From contig JADGBR010000002.1 in the NCBI GenBank assembly GCA_015231405.1, forward strand, positions 133,547-197,546: a DNA stretch of 64,000 nucleotides, given 5' to 3'. The notes beneath the pieces are model-generated. The model was not told the origin of the DNA. It saw only the letters and a list, made by a program, of their open reading frames with translations, and searched no databases. Shown piece after piece: positions 1 to 9,232 of this stretch. The translations under genes and the position numbers were made by a program. Source of the DNA: Candidatus Omnitrophota bacterium (lineage in GTDB: Bacteria; Omnitrophota; Gorgyraeia; Tantalellales; Tantalellaceae). Numbering within the stretch: position 1 is the first letter of the stretch; each line of letters starts with the position of its first letter.

Positions 1-156
1 CATTGGCAGGGTAAAGAGATCACTATTTCTTCAAGCCGCAAACAAGCGGTCCAGTGTGATGGCGAGTTGTTAGAAAATTCCCATCTTCACATAAAGGTCG
101 TTCCGGGGGCAATCAGGGTTTTAGTCCCCAAAAAAGAAAAAAAGGCCGTTGAATGA
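1..156 (+). CDS. C-terminal part of a diacylglycerol/lipid kinase family (YegS/DagK-like) protein, partial at window edge
   Basis: Frame +1 is open from base 1 to TGA at 154-156: ...KQAVQCDGELLENSHLHIKVVPGAIRVLVPKK; the xDGE...VxPxAxxVLVP tail is typical of DagK/YegS. Not in the ORF track. Confidence 0.7.
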   Translation, partial: HWQGKEITISSSRKQAVQCDGELLENSHLHIKVVPGAIRVLVPKKEKKAVE

Positions 157-204
157 ACATCTCCCGGGTATTTATGCTTTGGCCGCGGTTGCCACCGACG
201 TGGG

Positions 205-279
205 AGCATTAGTCGGTACCCGGATCAAGCCACAACTGATCGGTCCCTATTGATCTATGTAAAATGTCTGGTTTCCTGG
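205..279. repeat. Dispersed repeat, copy 1 (second copy at 4527-4602)
   Basis: About 61/76 identical by hand alignment; shared ACCCGGATCA...GTCCCTATTGA..TATG.AAAATGTCTGGTT. Confidence 0.75.
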
Positions 280-342
280 TTTCGATCCCCGAATAGTCAT
301 AGGGAAAAATGAACTCGGATGCCCTTCCCGGCTAAAACACTG

Positions 343-1113
343 CTACTTCTCGGCGACAACGAGCATTTCAAAATCTTTGGTGGTCAGCTTGTCGTTTCTC
401 GAGTATGCCCCAAGTTTCGCGCCGAAGATGTCGATCTTTTTGAACCCGAGCGTCTTTACAAGCCACGTGATCTCGCTGGGCACATAATAACGCTCGTTGA
501 CTTTAAGCTCTCTTTTGTTACCCGAGTCGTCCTCAATTATGGTCGTGTTATGATCGCGAAAAGTCATCAGATCGAATGAACACCCCTTATACTCAGCGGC
601 CCCTTCTTTGGCTACAGACTCATAAAATTCTTTAACTGAGTGAAACAGCGTGAATAAGCCGTTTAGTGTCGTGAAAATTAATTTTCCACGGGCATTCAGT
701 GCTTTGGCGGCATTTTTAAGGATCTCGAAATTCATCTCGTCCGTTTCCATGAGGGGAAATCCGCCTTCACAAAGCATTATAGCTAGATCGAATTCGCCAT
801 CAAACGGAAGGGCCCTCGCGTCATGCTTCTCGAAATCGATCGTCACCCCTCTCTCGTTGGCTTTCTCCCGCGCCCTCGTAAGCTGTGACTCGGACAAGTC
901 AACGCCGGTCACCTTATACCCTCTTTTAGTAAGCTCAATAGCATGGCGGCCGGTACCGCAACCGATATCGATGATCTTAATGGATTTATCCCGCCCGGCC
1001 TCAGCCTCAATAAAATCGCATTCGCCCACAGTCCCCTGAACAAAGCATTCTTTGTCGTATTTGCGCGCGTAATTCTCAAATAATGATTCATACCATTGTT
1101 TCATGGCCATCAC
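343..1113 (-). CDS. Class I SAM-dependent methyltransferase
   Basis: IIDIGCGTGRH motif I, GVDLS motif II, FDLAI; RBS GGGAGG. Confidence 0.9.
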   Translation of the reverse strand: MMAMKQWYESLFENYARKYDKECFVQGTVGECDFIEAEAGRDKSIKIIDIGCGTGRHAIELTKRGYKVTGVDLSESQLTRAREKANERGVTIDFEKHDARALPFDGEFDLAIMLCEGGFPLMETDEMNFEILKNAAKALNARGKLIFTTLNGLFTLFHSVKEFYESVAKEGAAEYKGCSFDLMTFRDHNTTIIEDDSGNKRELKVNERYYVPSEITWLVKTLGFKKIDIFGAKLGAYSRNDKLTTKDFEMLVVAEK

Positions 1114-1124
1114 ACCCTCCCTGT

Positions 1125-1310
1125 TTATTGAAAATATTCATCCCTTTCCCAATTCGCGGGGTTATTCAGAATGTATTCCCGAATACGGTTACAGCCGAAT
1201 TTGTCACGAATGACGTGTTCATAGAAATTTCGTTGCCGGAGTCGAATGCCGCGTGCATTCCGGATCGTGTTTAATTGGTTTATCGAAACGGTTTTAAATG
1301 CTCCAAGCAA
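1125..1310 (-). pseudogene. C-terminal relic of REP-associated tyrosine transposase (RAYT, IS200-like Y1)
   Basis: GAFKTVS...QRNFYEHVIRD...IREYILNNPANW matches the RAYT C-terminus; in-frame TGA immediately upstream; N-terminal HuH half absent. Confidence 0.8.
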
Positions 1311-1355
1311 TTGTCACGATCGGATTGATTTTCTGTTCCATGGCATAGGATCCTT

Positions 1356-4316
1356 TTAGGCATCTTTCTGTCTCAGTATGGGTAAACCTATTGTTACTTT
1401 TGTACCTTTTCCCTTATCGCTTTCAACGGTTATCGTCCCGCCATGTAGCTTGATCACTAGATTGCATACCGCCAGCCCAAGGCCGGTGCCTTTTGTTTTA
1501 GTGGTGAAGAATGGTTCGAAAACCTTCTTTAAATGTTCGTTCTCTATCCCTTCCCCATTGTCTTTTATCGAAACAGACACACCCGAATCGTTAACCCGAG
1601 ATTCGATATCTATTATCCCGGAGTTTTTATTCAGCGCTTCGAAAGCGTTACTCAAGATATTGCTGAATACCTCTTTCAGTTGAAGGGGGTCCGCATCAAT
1701 AGTGAGCTCTTTTGTGAGATCTATTTTCGCGTTAACATTTATATTTTGCCCCGAAAACCTTCCCATCCCCTCATCAATACATTCCTTAAGGATGCTGTTT
1801 ATCTTAACAATTTGGAAGCGCCCTATTTTTACTTTTGAATATGATAGAACATTTTTTATTATCTGATCCGCTTCTGAAATTCTCTTATCGATAGTACTTA
1901 AGTCCCCTTCGATCCGGGGATCTTTGATCATCTTTTTAATGTGGTATGTTGACAATCCTATGTCAGCTAAGGGGTTGCGCAACTCGTGCGCGACGGTAGC
2001 AGCCAGAGTTCCTATATCGGAAAGCCTCTTCGCCCTATCAATTTCATTTTGCGCGTCTATTAATCCCTGCGCTTTCTCATCCACGAGTTTTTCCAGCGAT
2101 TCTTTATCTCTCTTTAAAATCTCCTCGGCCTTCTTCAGCGAGGTAATATCCTGCGTGGTCCCGAAACCGGAAAGCAGAACGCCTTTCTTGTCAAACTCCA
2201 GATACGCTTTTTCCCGCACCCATTTAACCTTGCCGTCCACAATGATCCTGTGTTCAATATCATATTTCTCCCCCGCCATGGCAGCCTTCCATTTCTTATC
2301 AAGGTGATTGCGGTCCTCGGGATGGACAATGGAAAGGAAGATTTCATATGTCAAAGACGTCCCCTTCGGAACACCAAAAATACGATAGTTTTCCTCGGAC
2401 CAAACAAGCTCATTCCCCTGAATATTCAGCCGCCAGTTCCCTATATTTCCCACGGTTTGGGCGCGTTTTAAGTCTTCCTGGCTCTCTCGCAGTGAATTTG
2501 TCAAAATATCACGTTCCGTTAAAAGCCGGGCCAGCTTAATATTGCTGTAACTAAGCTGTGAAAGCATATGGGAAACCCTTAAGAAAAAAGACATGACCTG
2601 TTCCATGTATTCTCTACTTATCCGCGGAACAGCCCCAAGGGCCGTCATGTATTCTTTTTCATTAAAACCGTAAAGCCTCGCCTGTGCTTTAAAAAATTCA
2701 TAATCCAGATCCTCTTCGTTAAAGAAGAATTGCCCCATAAAGAGATTGCCGAATTTTTTGCCGCCTATTATTATAGGTGTCGCGACATCCCACAGGCCAT
2801 TCTTACATTTATAGAGCTCAAACTTACCTTCGCCGGCATTCGAAGAAAGCTGCGTATCGCTTTCTATGCAGTGTTCGCAGGTTTTCGGATGGGCCCGATG
2901 AAATTTAGTGCAAATTTCCTGCCATCCCACGCCAACCAAAACCTTACCTTCAAGGTCGATCATAGCCATGGGGACGTGATAAAATCTATTAAAATCATCC
3001 AAAAGCATCTGGATCGCCGTGACATCAACGATATCGCCAAGCTGCAGATGGTCTATCGATCCTTCCGGTGAAAGGATTTTTTTTAATTTTGCCCTGACGC
3101 GTTGCTCACTCTCTCGCAGCGCTTCTTCGAGCTGTTTTCGCGCGTTGATCTGTTTGTCCAATTCATCGCGCGAGGCGGTGGTCTTCTGTAGATCAGTGGT
3201 CATCTTATCAAAAGCCCTTGAAAGCTGCCCTATCTCATCGTCCTCGCCGTTGGCGATCTTATAGTCTAAATTTCCGCCTCCGACAATCTGTGTGCCTTTA
3301 ATGAGTTTGTTTATGGGACGAGCAATAGATTTTGAAGAAAGAAATGCCGTTACATAGACCAGGACAAGAACAACAAACAGGATCAGTAGGACTAATTTGC
3401 GCATGTTTTCTGCGTCAGAAAATGCTTCCCATGCATCTATTTTAGTTACAATTCCCAAATCTAAAGAGGGTATATATCGCCAGGCCGCAATGACTTTTTG
3501 CCTCCTATAATCAATCGACAGGCCGACTCCGGTCCTGCCTTGCACAGCTTCCTGAATAGGAATGCCTGTTTCTTGGCCTATAGTTATTCTATTATTACGG
3601 GATAAACCAGGATCATGCCTCTGAGGATTTAAATACAGCACCTCATTGCCGATTTTCTTACCCAACAAAATTTCTCCGGTTTTACCCAACCCAGGCACGT
3701 CCCGGGCAAGGTCATAAAACCGGTCCATGTCCATCTCAAAAGCTATCACTCCTATGAAAATGTCATTAAGGTCAACCGCCGGGGCGCTAACGAGGATCGA
3801 GAACTTATTTTTATGGGTTTTGTTAAAAAATATATCCGTGATATATATCCCGTTTTTGCCTTCCACAAAACTCTTTTGCCCGGGATCGGGAAGTGCATTC
3901 AAAAACACACTTGAGTCGTCCACACCGCGTGAATAAACGATCCTGCCCTCAGGATTAACCAGTATGATATCAGCCAAACCTAAAGCTGCCTGCATCACGG
4001 ATAATTGACTATCAAGTATCTTCCAAGCGGCACGGAATTCCGGGTCATCTCTCTTGTCGGCAAGGCGGTTTAAAATCGGGAGATTGCGTTTAATATTGTA
4101 AAATCCCTGAGCTATCAGTATATTTGCCTTAAGCGAAGCACAATATGTTTCTATCTTGTCCGCCTTAAAAAAGGCGATATCGCGCAATGCAGAAATATGC
4201 CCGTCCTTCAGGGAATTTTCATATTTCCTGAAGGTTAAGGTGCTGATGAGGGCCAAGGGGATCAAAGCGAATGCCATAAATATAACGGTAAGCTTTAATT
4301 TTATAGACATGTTCAT
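1356..4316 (-). CDS. Membrane sensor histidine kinase (Cache-like, HAMP, PocR, PAS, HisKA, HATPase_c)
   Basis: 2 TM; DEIGQLSRAFDKM HAMP; ICTKFHR..C..C.ESD / YKCKNGLWD PocR; VHPED PAS; AHELRNPL H-box; DNGEGI, FEPFFTTK, GTGLGL. Confidence 0.92.
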   Translation of the reverse strand: MNMSIKLKLTVIFMAFALIPLALISTLTFRKYENSLKDGHISALRDIAFFKADKIETYCASLKANILIAQGFYNIKRNLPILNRLADKRDDPEFRAAWKILDSQLSVMQAALGLADIILVNPEGRIVYSRGVDDSSVFLNALPDPGQKSFVEGKNGIYITDIFFNKTHKNKFSILVSAPAVDLNDIFIGVIAFEMDMDRFYDLARDVPGLGKTGEILLGKKIGNEVLYLNPQRHDPGLSRNNRITIGQETGIPIQEAVQGRTGVGLSIDYRRQKVIAAWRYIPSLDLGIVTKIDAWEAFSDAENMRKLVLLILFVVLVLVYVTAFLSSKSIARPINKLIKGTQIVGGGNLDYKIANGEDDEIGQLSRAFDKMTTDLQKTTASRDELDKQINARKQLEEALRESEQRVRAKLKKILSPEGSIDHLQLGDIVDVTAIQMLLDDFNRFYHVPMAMIDLEGKVLVGVGWQEICTKFHRAHPKTCEHCIESDTQLSSNAGEGKFELYKCKNGLWDVATPIIIGGKKFGNLFMGQFFFNEEDLDYEFFKAQARLYGFNEKEYMTALGAVPRISREYMEQVMSFFLRVSHMLSQLSYSNIKLARLLTERDILTNSLRESQEDLKRAQTVGNIGNWRLNIQGNELVWSEENYRIFGVPKGTSLTYEIFLSIVHPEDRNHLDKKWKAAMAGEKYDIEHRIIVDGKVKWVREKAYLEFDKKGVLLSGFGTTQDITSLKKAEEILKRDKESLEKLVDEKAQGLIDAQNEIDRAKRLSDIGTLAATVAHELRNPLADIGLSTYHIKKMIKDPRIEGDLSTIDKRISEADQIIKNVLSYSKVKIGRFQIVKINSILKECIDEGMGRFSGQNINVNAKIDLTKELTIDADPLQLKEVFSNILSNAFEALNKNSGIIDIESRVNDSGVSVSIKDNGEGIENEHLKKVFEPFFTTKTKGTGLGLAVCNLVIKLHGGTITVESDKGKGTKVTIGLPILRQKDA

Positions 4317-4526
4317 TCAGTTCCTATCCGTACAGCTTTTATCATCAAACGAAAATAATATCTGTCATGACGGAATTATTATACCCCGCCTATTCCTACC
4401 TAGCTAATCTAAATGTGTTAATGCCTTCGCTTCCTTCTCCAAAGTCCGTCTTTTAGATGTCCATCTGTAAATTCCGACATGGTATGTAACACTTTTATCG
4501 CTAATAAGTTCCTACTTAATCCGGGT

Positions 4527-4602
4527 AGCATTACCCGGCACCCGGATCATGTTCACAATTTATTTGTCCCTATTGAGTTATGCAAAATGTCTGGTTCCTT
4601 GG
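4527..4602. repeat. Dispersed repeat, copy 2 (see 205-279)
   Basis: Same orientation as copy 1; overlaps the ATCCGGGT...ACCCGGAT hairpin. Confidence 0.75.
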
Positions 4603-4638
4603 GTGACATACTTTCCAGCCGAAGGCGCATAGGTTATT

Positions 4639-5253
4639 TCATCGTTTTGGCTTAACGAAGAGATCCATGACACCATGTCTTAACAGCCTGAAAATGCGAT
4701 ACATCTTTGGTTCCTTCCAGATCACTTCGAACCGGAAACCGCCGCCTCTTAATGTCTCTCCCGTATTGATATCAACCTCGAACTCTTTCCAGTCGCTGTC
4801 GATAGCATCGTAAGCCTCTCCTGTTATTGAATTTCCATCGACCCGTACACTTCTAAGGCCGTCCCACGCCAATCTTTCAGTTCTCCACTTAATGCCCCCG
4901 CTATCCATAGCCGCAAGCGCTACAAAACTATCCGACAGTATATAAAGATCTTTTATCGGGGTGGCTATGATCTGGTCATAATTCCCGTGCAGTATCCTAA
5001 TTGGAATTATTTTATCCGGATCCATCTGATATATCGCTCCACCGGCGAACACAAATATTGTTTTATCTGAAAGCTCTACCACATCGTTAAGCTGAGTGGC
5101 GCCGCGTTTGAAATTTGCAACCCAGTCAGTACCGTCTTGTTTGAAGAATTTAACCACAAAACCCTGCGAAAACAATTGGGTGTTATCTTTGGACACTGAA
5201 ATCCACATAGGCCCATTTGCAGGCAAAACATCCAAGACTTCATATCTTTTCAT
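4639..5253 (-). CDS. Hypothetical protein (beta-rich)
   Basis: 204-aa ORF with GGAG RBS; no motif recognised. Confidence 0.7.
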   Translation of the reverse strand: MKRYEVLDVLPANGPMWISVSKDNTQLFSQGFVVKFFKQDGTDWVANFKRGATQLNDVVELSDKTIFVFAGGAIYQMDPDKIIPIRILHGNYDQIIATPIKDLYILSDSFVALAAMDSGGIKWRTERLAWDGLRSVRVDGNSITGEAYDAIDSDWKEFEVDINTGETLRGGGFRFEVIWKEPKMYRIFRLLRHGVMDLFVKPKR

Positions 5254-5314
5254 TCGAACCGTTACTCCACTTCATACTATTTACAGTATCCGAACAAGCT
5301 GCCGCTATTCTAGT

Positions 5315-5947
5315 TCAAAAAAAAGGTTCAAGAATGTGCCCCTTGCCGCCCCAGAAAATACACCACTTTGCAGCAGCCATAACAACATCGAGTTTAGATC
5401 CCATTCCTTCTGTATCTTCCGTATTTAATTCGGATAGATCAATTTTGTTCTCGAGAGCATATCTTTGGGCCATATCCTTTAGGCGCTTACCATACGCCAT
5501 CATTTCACGAGAAGTCTTTATTTTAAAGGCTCCTTTTAGCATTTCTTTCCCGATGATCTCTTCACAATCTTTCAACAATTCAGCACGAAAAGAAAATGGT
5601 TCAACATACCCAGCGAAAGAATTAGAATATTTCGGCAGTCCATCGCACGGAGGAACAAGGTCAACAACATAATATCCCCGCATTGTTTCAAGATACTCTT
5701 TTTCTGTACCTTTAATTTCACCGTTATGCTCCCTATATCGCTCGCGCGCCCATTGAGTTGCCCGTTCATCGAACCCCACTTGCGGAGCTTTCAATGTTTC
5801 GAACGCTGGAATGGATATCTCCTGAAATCTTTTTATCAGGCCTTTACGCCTCCAGCACCAATTCTTGGCAAGTTTGCTTACAATTATATCGTGCTCTTCT
5901 TCGCACCCCGGAATGGGCCTATTACCCGGATTCCAATCCAACCCCAT
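5315..5947 (-). CDS. Hypothetical protein
   Basis: 210-aa ORF with strong GGAGGT RBS; starts MGLDW. Confidence 0.75.
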   Translation of the reverse strand: MGLDWNPGNRPIPGCEEEHDIIVSKLAKNWCWRRKGLIKRFQEISIPAFETLKAPQVGFDERATQWARERYREHNGEIKGTEKEYLETMRGYYVVDLVPPCDGLPKYSNSFAGYVEPFSFRAELLKDCEEIIGKEMLKGAFKIKTSREMMAYGKRLKDMAQRYALENKIDLSELNTEDTEGMGSKLDVVMAAAKWCIFWGGKGHILEPFF

Positions 5948-5950
5948 AAC

Positions 5951-6202
5951 CTACCTCCTATCTTCCCCATCATCCCCGCGACTGAGACCAAAGAGCCATA
6001 CTCCCAGAATACCGAGGAGTACCGAATAAACGATAAATCGTATCGACTGCGCAAGCGTCGGCGGCGTGCCGAAAGGGTCAGCATCATCGGCCATTTTACT
6101 GCCAACGGGATCCAATATCTCCAAAAGACCGCCAATGATCCCTATTACGGCAATGATTATGGAAACTATCCCGGCAATCTTACGAATGTACTTGATCATC
6201 AT
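5951..6202 (-). CDS. Small two-TM membrane protein
   Basis: Two hydrophobic stretches around DPVGSKMADDADPFG; closely spaced with the next gene. Confidence 0.7.
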   Translation of the reverse strand: MMIKYIRKIAGIVSIIIAVIGIIGGLLEILDPVGSKMADDADPFGTPPTLAQSIRFIVYSVLLGILGVWLFGLSRGDDGEDRR

Positions 6203-6262
6203 CTGATATCCGCGCCGGTCTCCCTAAAGTCGTTGGAACTATCTTGATCACCCAGTACATGT

Positions 6263-6919
6263 TTAGTTCTGTGTCTTGCCCGCTAAGATAAAAGCCTGGC
6301 TTCCAAAGATCCGCCATAACAACGGGACCCTGATATAAAGCCTTAATAGGAACAGGGACTTCGGCAGCATGCTTTTTGTCGTGTATGGCAGAAACCTTGG
6401 AATGCATTCGATGACCTTAAAACCGTTGATCTCAAGCGCCTCCCGCATGCTCCGGTCATCGAGCGGCGAGACATGGTCGAAGAACATCCAGTAATCCTTA
6501 TAGCAAAACCTTATGTTCGGCTGTAAGATCATGACTTTACCGTCGTCCTTCAGGACCCGGTGTATCTCACTCATCGTCTTAACTATATCTTCTTTTGTGA
6601 GATGCTCAAAAAAATTCCCGGCGAATACTATGTCTATGCTCGAGTCATCGACCGCTTTCATGTCCGTCGAAGATGAGAGGACAGCTTTAACCCCAGGCGC
6701 GGCGTATCTTCTAACGTCGGGGTTGATATCGACCGCGATCTTCCCCCTGGCGTTTATATTATTTATGAATTCGCAATAACCCGCCGCCAGGTCAAGGATG
6801 ATGCCGTCCCTTGGGACATATTTTTGAAAATGGTCCCGGCAAAGGACCTTATACATCCTGTCCCTGAACTCCAGATCTCCCCCGAACCTTCTTTTATACA
6901 TTATTTCCGTATTTTCCAT
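6263..6919 (-). CDS. Class I SAM-dependent methyltransferase (type 11-like)
   Basis: ILDLAAGYCEF, AVDIN, DIVFAGNFFEHL, HRVLKDDG. Confidence 0.88.
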   Translation of the reverse strand: MENTEIMYKRRFGGDLEFRDRMYKVLCRDHFQKYVPRDGIILDLAAGYCEFINNINARGKIAVDINPDVRRYAAPGVKAVLSSSTDMKAVDDSSIDIVFAGNFFEHLTKEDIVKTMSEIHRVLKDDGKVMILQPNIRFCYKDYWMFFDHVSPLDDRSMREALEINGFKVIECIPRFLPYTTKSMLPKSLFLLRLYIRVPLLWRIFGSQAFILAGKTQN

Positions 6920-6950
6920 ATTCTACCCTGCCCCTTGACGCCTGCCCCGA

Positions 6951-7691
6951 TCACAGGCTGGCCCTTTCATTTATGTCATCCATCACTAGAACTCTCTGGA
7001 GCCAGAGATATAGCGCCGTGTAAAGATATCTCCGCCCCATATCGGCTATCTTCAGTTTCGTCACGCCGCTCTCCCTGCCGTGCCATTTCACCGGGACGAC
7101 CGCTATCTTATAACCCCTGATAAGGGCCTTGAGCGGCATTTCAATCGTCACGTTGAAATACAACGATTCTATGGGTTTGATCGCATCTATCACCTCCCTC
7201 CGGTACGCTTTGAACGCGTTGGTGAGGTCGTTGTGGCTCGTCCAGAAAATGCATCTCAAAAACAGGTTCGCGGCCCTGTTGAGCAGCAACTTAACGGCGG
7301 GATAATCCATGACCGCGCTCCCCTTCATAAAACGGGACCCGAAAACGCAATCATACCCCTCCTCGATCTTTCTGAAATAACGCGTTATATCCGCCGGATC
7401 GTCCGAGGCGTCGCCCATAGCAACTACGACGGCGTCCCCTGTCGCTTTCTCGAGACCATCCCTTATTGCCCTGCCGAACCCTCTGGGAGGAACACGTTTA
7501 ACGAGCCTGATCCGTTCATCCAGAGCGGCTATCGCCGAAACTATATCATGAGTCCCGTCATCGCTGTTATCGTCCACGACGACTATCTCGGCGTCGATCT
7601 TTTCTCCGGAAAGTTCTCCGGCTATATCCGAAATGACGCGCTCTATGAGGCTGGCCTCGTTATGAGCTGGAATAATTACGGATAGCTTCAT
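6951..7691 (-). CDS. GT2 glycosyltransferase, DPM1/GtrB-like polyprenol-phosphate sugar transferase
   Basis: MKLSVIIPAHNE, VVDDNSDDGT, MGDASD, FGSRF; start moved to the ATG at 7691 (ATGA overlap with upstream gene). Confidence 0.9.
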   Translation of the reverse strand: MKLSVIIPAHNEASLIERVISDIAGELSGEKIDAEIVVVDDNSDDGTHDIVSAIAALDERIRLVKRVPPRGFGRAIRDGLEKATGDAVVVAMGDASDDPADITRYFRKIEEGYDCVFGSRFMKGSAVMDYPAVKLLLNRAANLFLRCIFWTSHNDLTNAFKAYRREVIDAIKPIESLYFNVTIEMPLKALIRGYKIAVVPVKWHGRESGVTKLKIADMGRRYLYTALYLWLQRVLVMDDINERASL

Positions 7692-9049
7692 GCCTGGGTT
7701 CCTCTCCTTTGTCGTAAAACCGAGCCAAGCGTGATGAAGAAACACGCGAACACGAAAATAAAAGCCATGACGCTATCGCATTTCTCCACGATGAAAGTCG
7801 CGTCGGTGAACAGCGACTTTTCAAACACTGCGGCCGTAGCTGAGGCGGCCGCCGGCAAAAACGCGGACAGGCCCGGCATGATGGAGAACACTGAAAGGAA
7901 CGAGTACGCTCCCAGAACGACATAAATATACATTAGGACCATCCCCACCCGACGATTTTCGGAGCCATAAAGCAATATAGCCGAAATTATGGCTATTTGT
8001 TCCCGGTCCATGCTACCCTGAACGAGCAGCGCCGCGGTGAATACTAAAAGAATATTGGCGGTGAATATCTCAGGGCCCAGTTTGCGAGTCAGTATACCAT
8101 AGACGCTGGCCGTAGCAAAAGCGGCGATAAACACGTTCTTGACAGCCCAGTAATGTAAAGGCGTAAGCCAATGGACGATCCTCCACATTGATCCGTATTT
8201 AGGGACCGCGGCATATACGTTCTGGGACATCCTGGACGCCATCATATCAAAAACATGAGGGGTATAGGGCAAATGCCATATGAGCGCGAATATGGCCGTC
8301 AAGGTTAGATATCCCAGAAGGCGCCGCGCGGCTTTCCCCGAGAGCAATATGTTCAGATCACCTGGCCTGCCGAACACGTTATACGCGCAAAGAGGAATGA
8401 TAAAAACCCCCAACCCCTTGAACGCTACCGAAAGCCCCAACAAACAGGCGCTGAGATAGAATTTTACGAAATATCCACCGGACTTAGAAGCAAGTATCGC
8501 CCCAATGATCAATAAAGTCTCTATACCTTTATCCTCCGGATAGATACAACCCCACAGGAACAATAAAGGGGACAGCGTAAAAAGCATTATAGGAAAGAAG
8601 TTCGTTCCGGATATTGTCCCGCCGCTTCCGTGATGCCACCATCTGAAGATATACCATGCTATTAAAGCCACCAGGATGCTGTCAAAAAAAGCGAAGGTCA
8701 TCCTGTACGCCCCTGGAACTGGTCCCATGATCCCGTCTATCAGACCGAAAAATATCAGGTTCAATGGCAGGTTGCCGCTCGCGTAAAAGTTCCATGTTCT
8801 CTGGCTTTTACAGGTATATTCATTGTACGCCAGAGCGTCATTCCTGAACCGGCCCCTCAGTTCCGGATTATCGCGCCAATCATAAGGATTAACATTATTC
8901 GAGACCAGCTGCCCGCTGTCGATATATATTCCGAGATCAATGAATCCGTTGCCGCCCGGGGTCTTTTGTATCAACACGCCCCGGGACAAAAAAGAGACCA
9001 GGAATATGGCCAGAAAAAACATCAACAGATCTTTTTTTATAAATACCAT
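7688..9049 (-). CDS. Polytopic membrane protein, probable GT-C (GT87-like) glycosyltransferase
   Basis: About 11 TM; DLGIY after TM1; LGLSVAFK; coupled to a GT2. Confidence 0.6.
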   Translation of the reverse strand: MVFIKKDLLMFFLAIFLVSFLSRGVLIQKTPGGNGFIDLGIYIDSGQLVSNNVNPYDWRDNPELRGRFRNDALAYNEYTCKSQRTWNFYASGNLPLNLIFFGLIDGIMGPVPGAYRMTFAFFDSILVALIAWYIFRWWHHGSGGTISGTNFFPIMLFTLSPLLFLWGCIYPEDKGIETLLIIGAILASKSGGYFVKFYLSACLLGLSVAFKGLGVFIIPLCAYNVFGRPGDLNILLSGKAARRLLGYLTLTAIFALIWHLPYTPHVFDMMASRMSQNVYAAVPKYGSMWRIVHWLTPLHYWAVKNVFIAAFATASVYGILTRKLGPEIFTANILLVFTAALLVQGSMDREQIAIISAILLYGSENRRVGMVLMYIYVVLGAYSFLSVFSIMPGLSAFLPAAASATAAVFEKSLFTDATFIVEKCDSVMAFIFVFACFFITLGSVLRQRRGTQA

Positions 9050-9232
9050 GATTTTGGCCAGACCGAAGGGGAATCGGGTTTGTCCCCCTAATCTACCAGT
9101 ATATTATCCGTCATCGTTATCTCTTACGCAACGTATTATCGTTGGGATTTCCTTGGAATTTAGAGTTCGGAGTTCAGGATTTTATGGGTATCTCAATGCG
9201 GCGGTCAATACACACATCGCTAAAACTTTATT

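Noticed and set aside
275-300. TTCGATCCCC as a tRNA T-arm or att site
   Set aside because: No cloverleaf, acceptor stem or CCA end can be built.
4403-4515. Short minus-strand open frame (LISDKSVTYHVGIYRW...)
   Set aside because: No start or RBS and no recognisable family; at most a gene remnant.
4603-6262. Integron attC sites between the small ORFans
   Set aside because: No convincing RYYYAAC...GTTRRRY pairs and no integrase.
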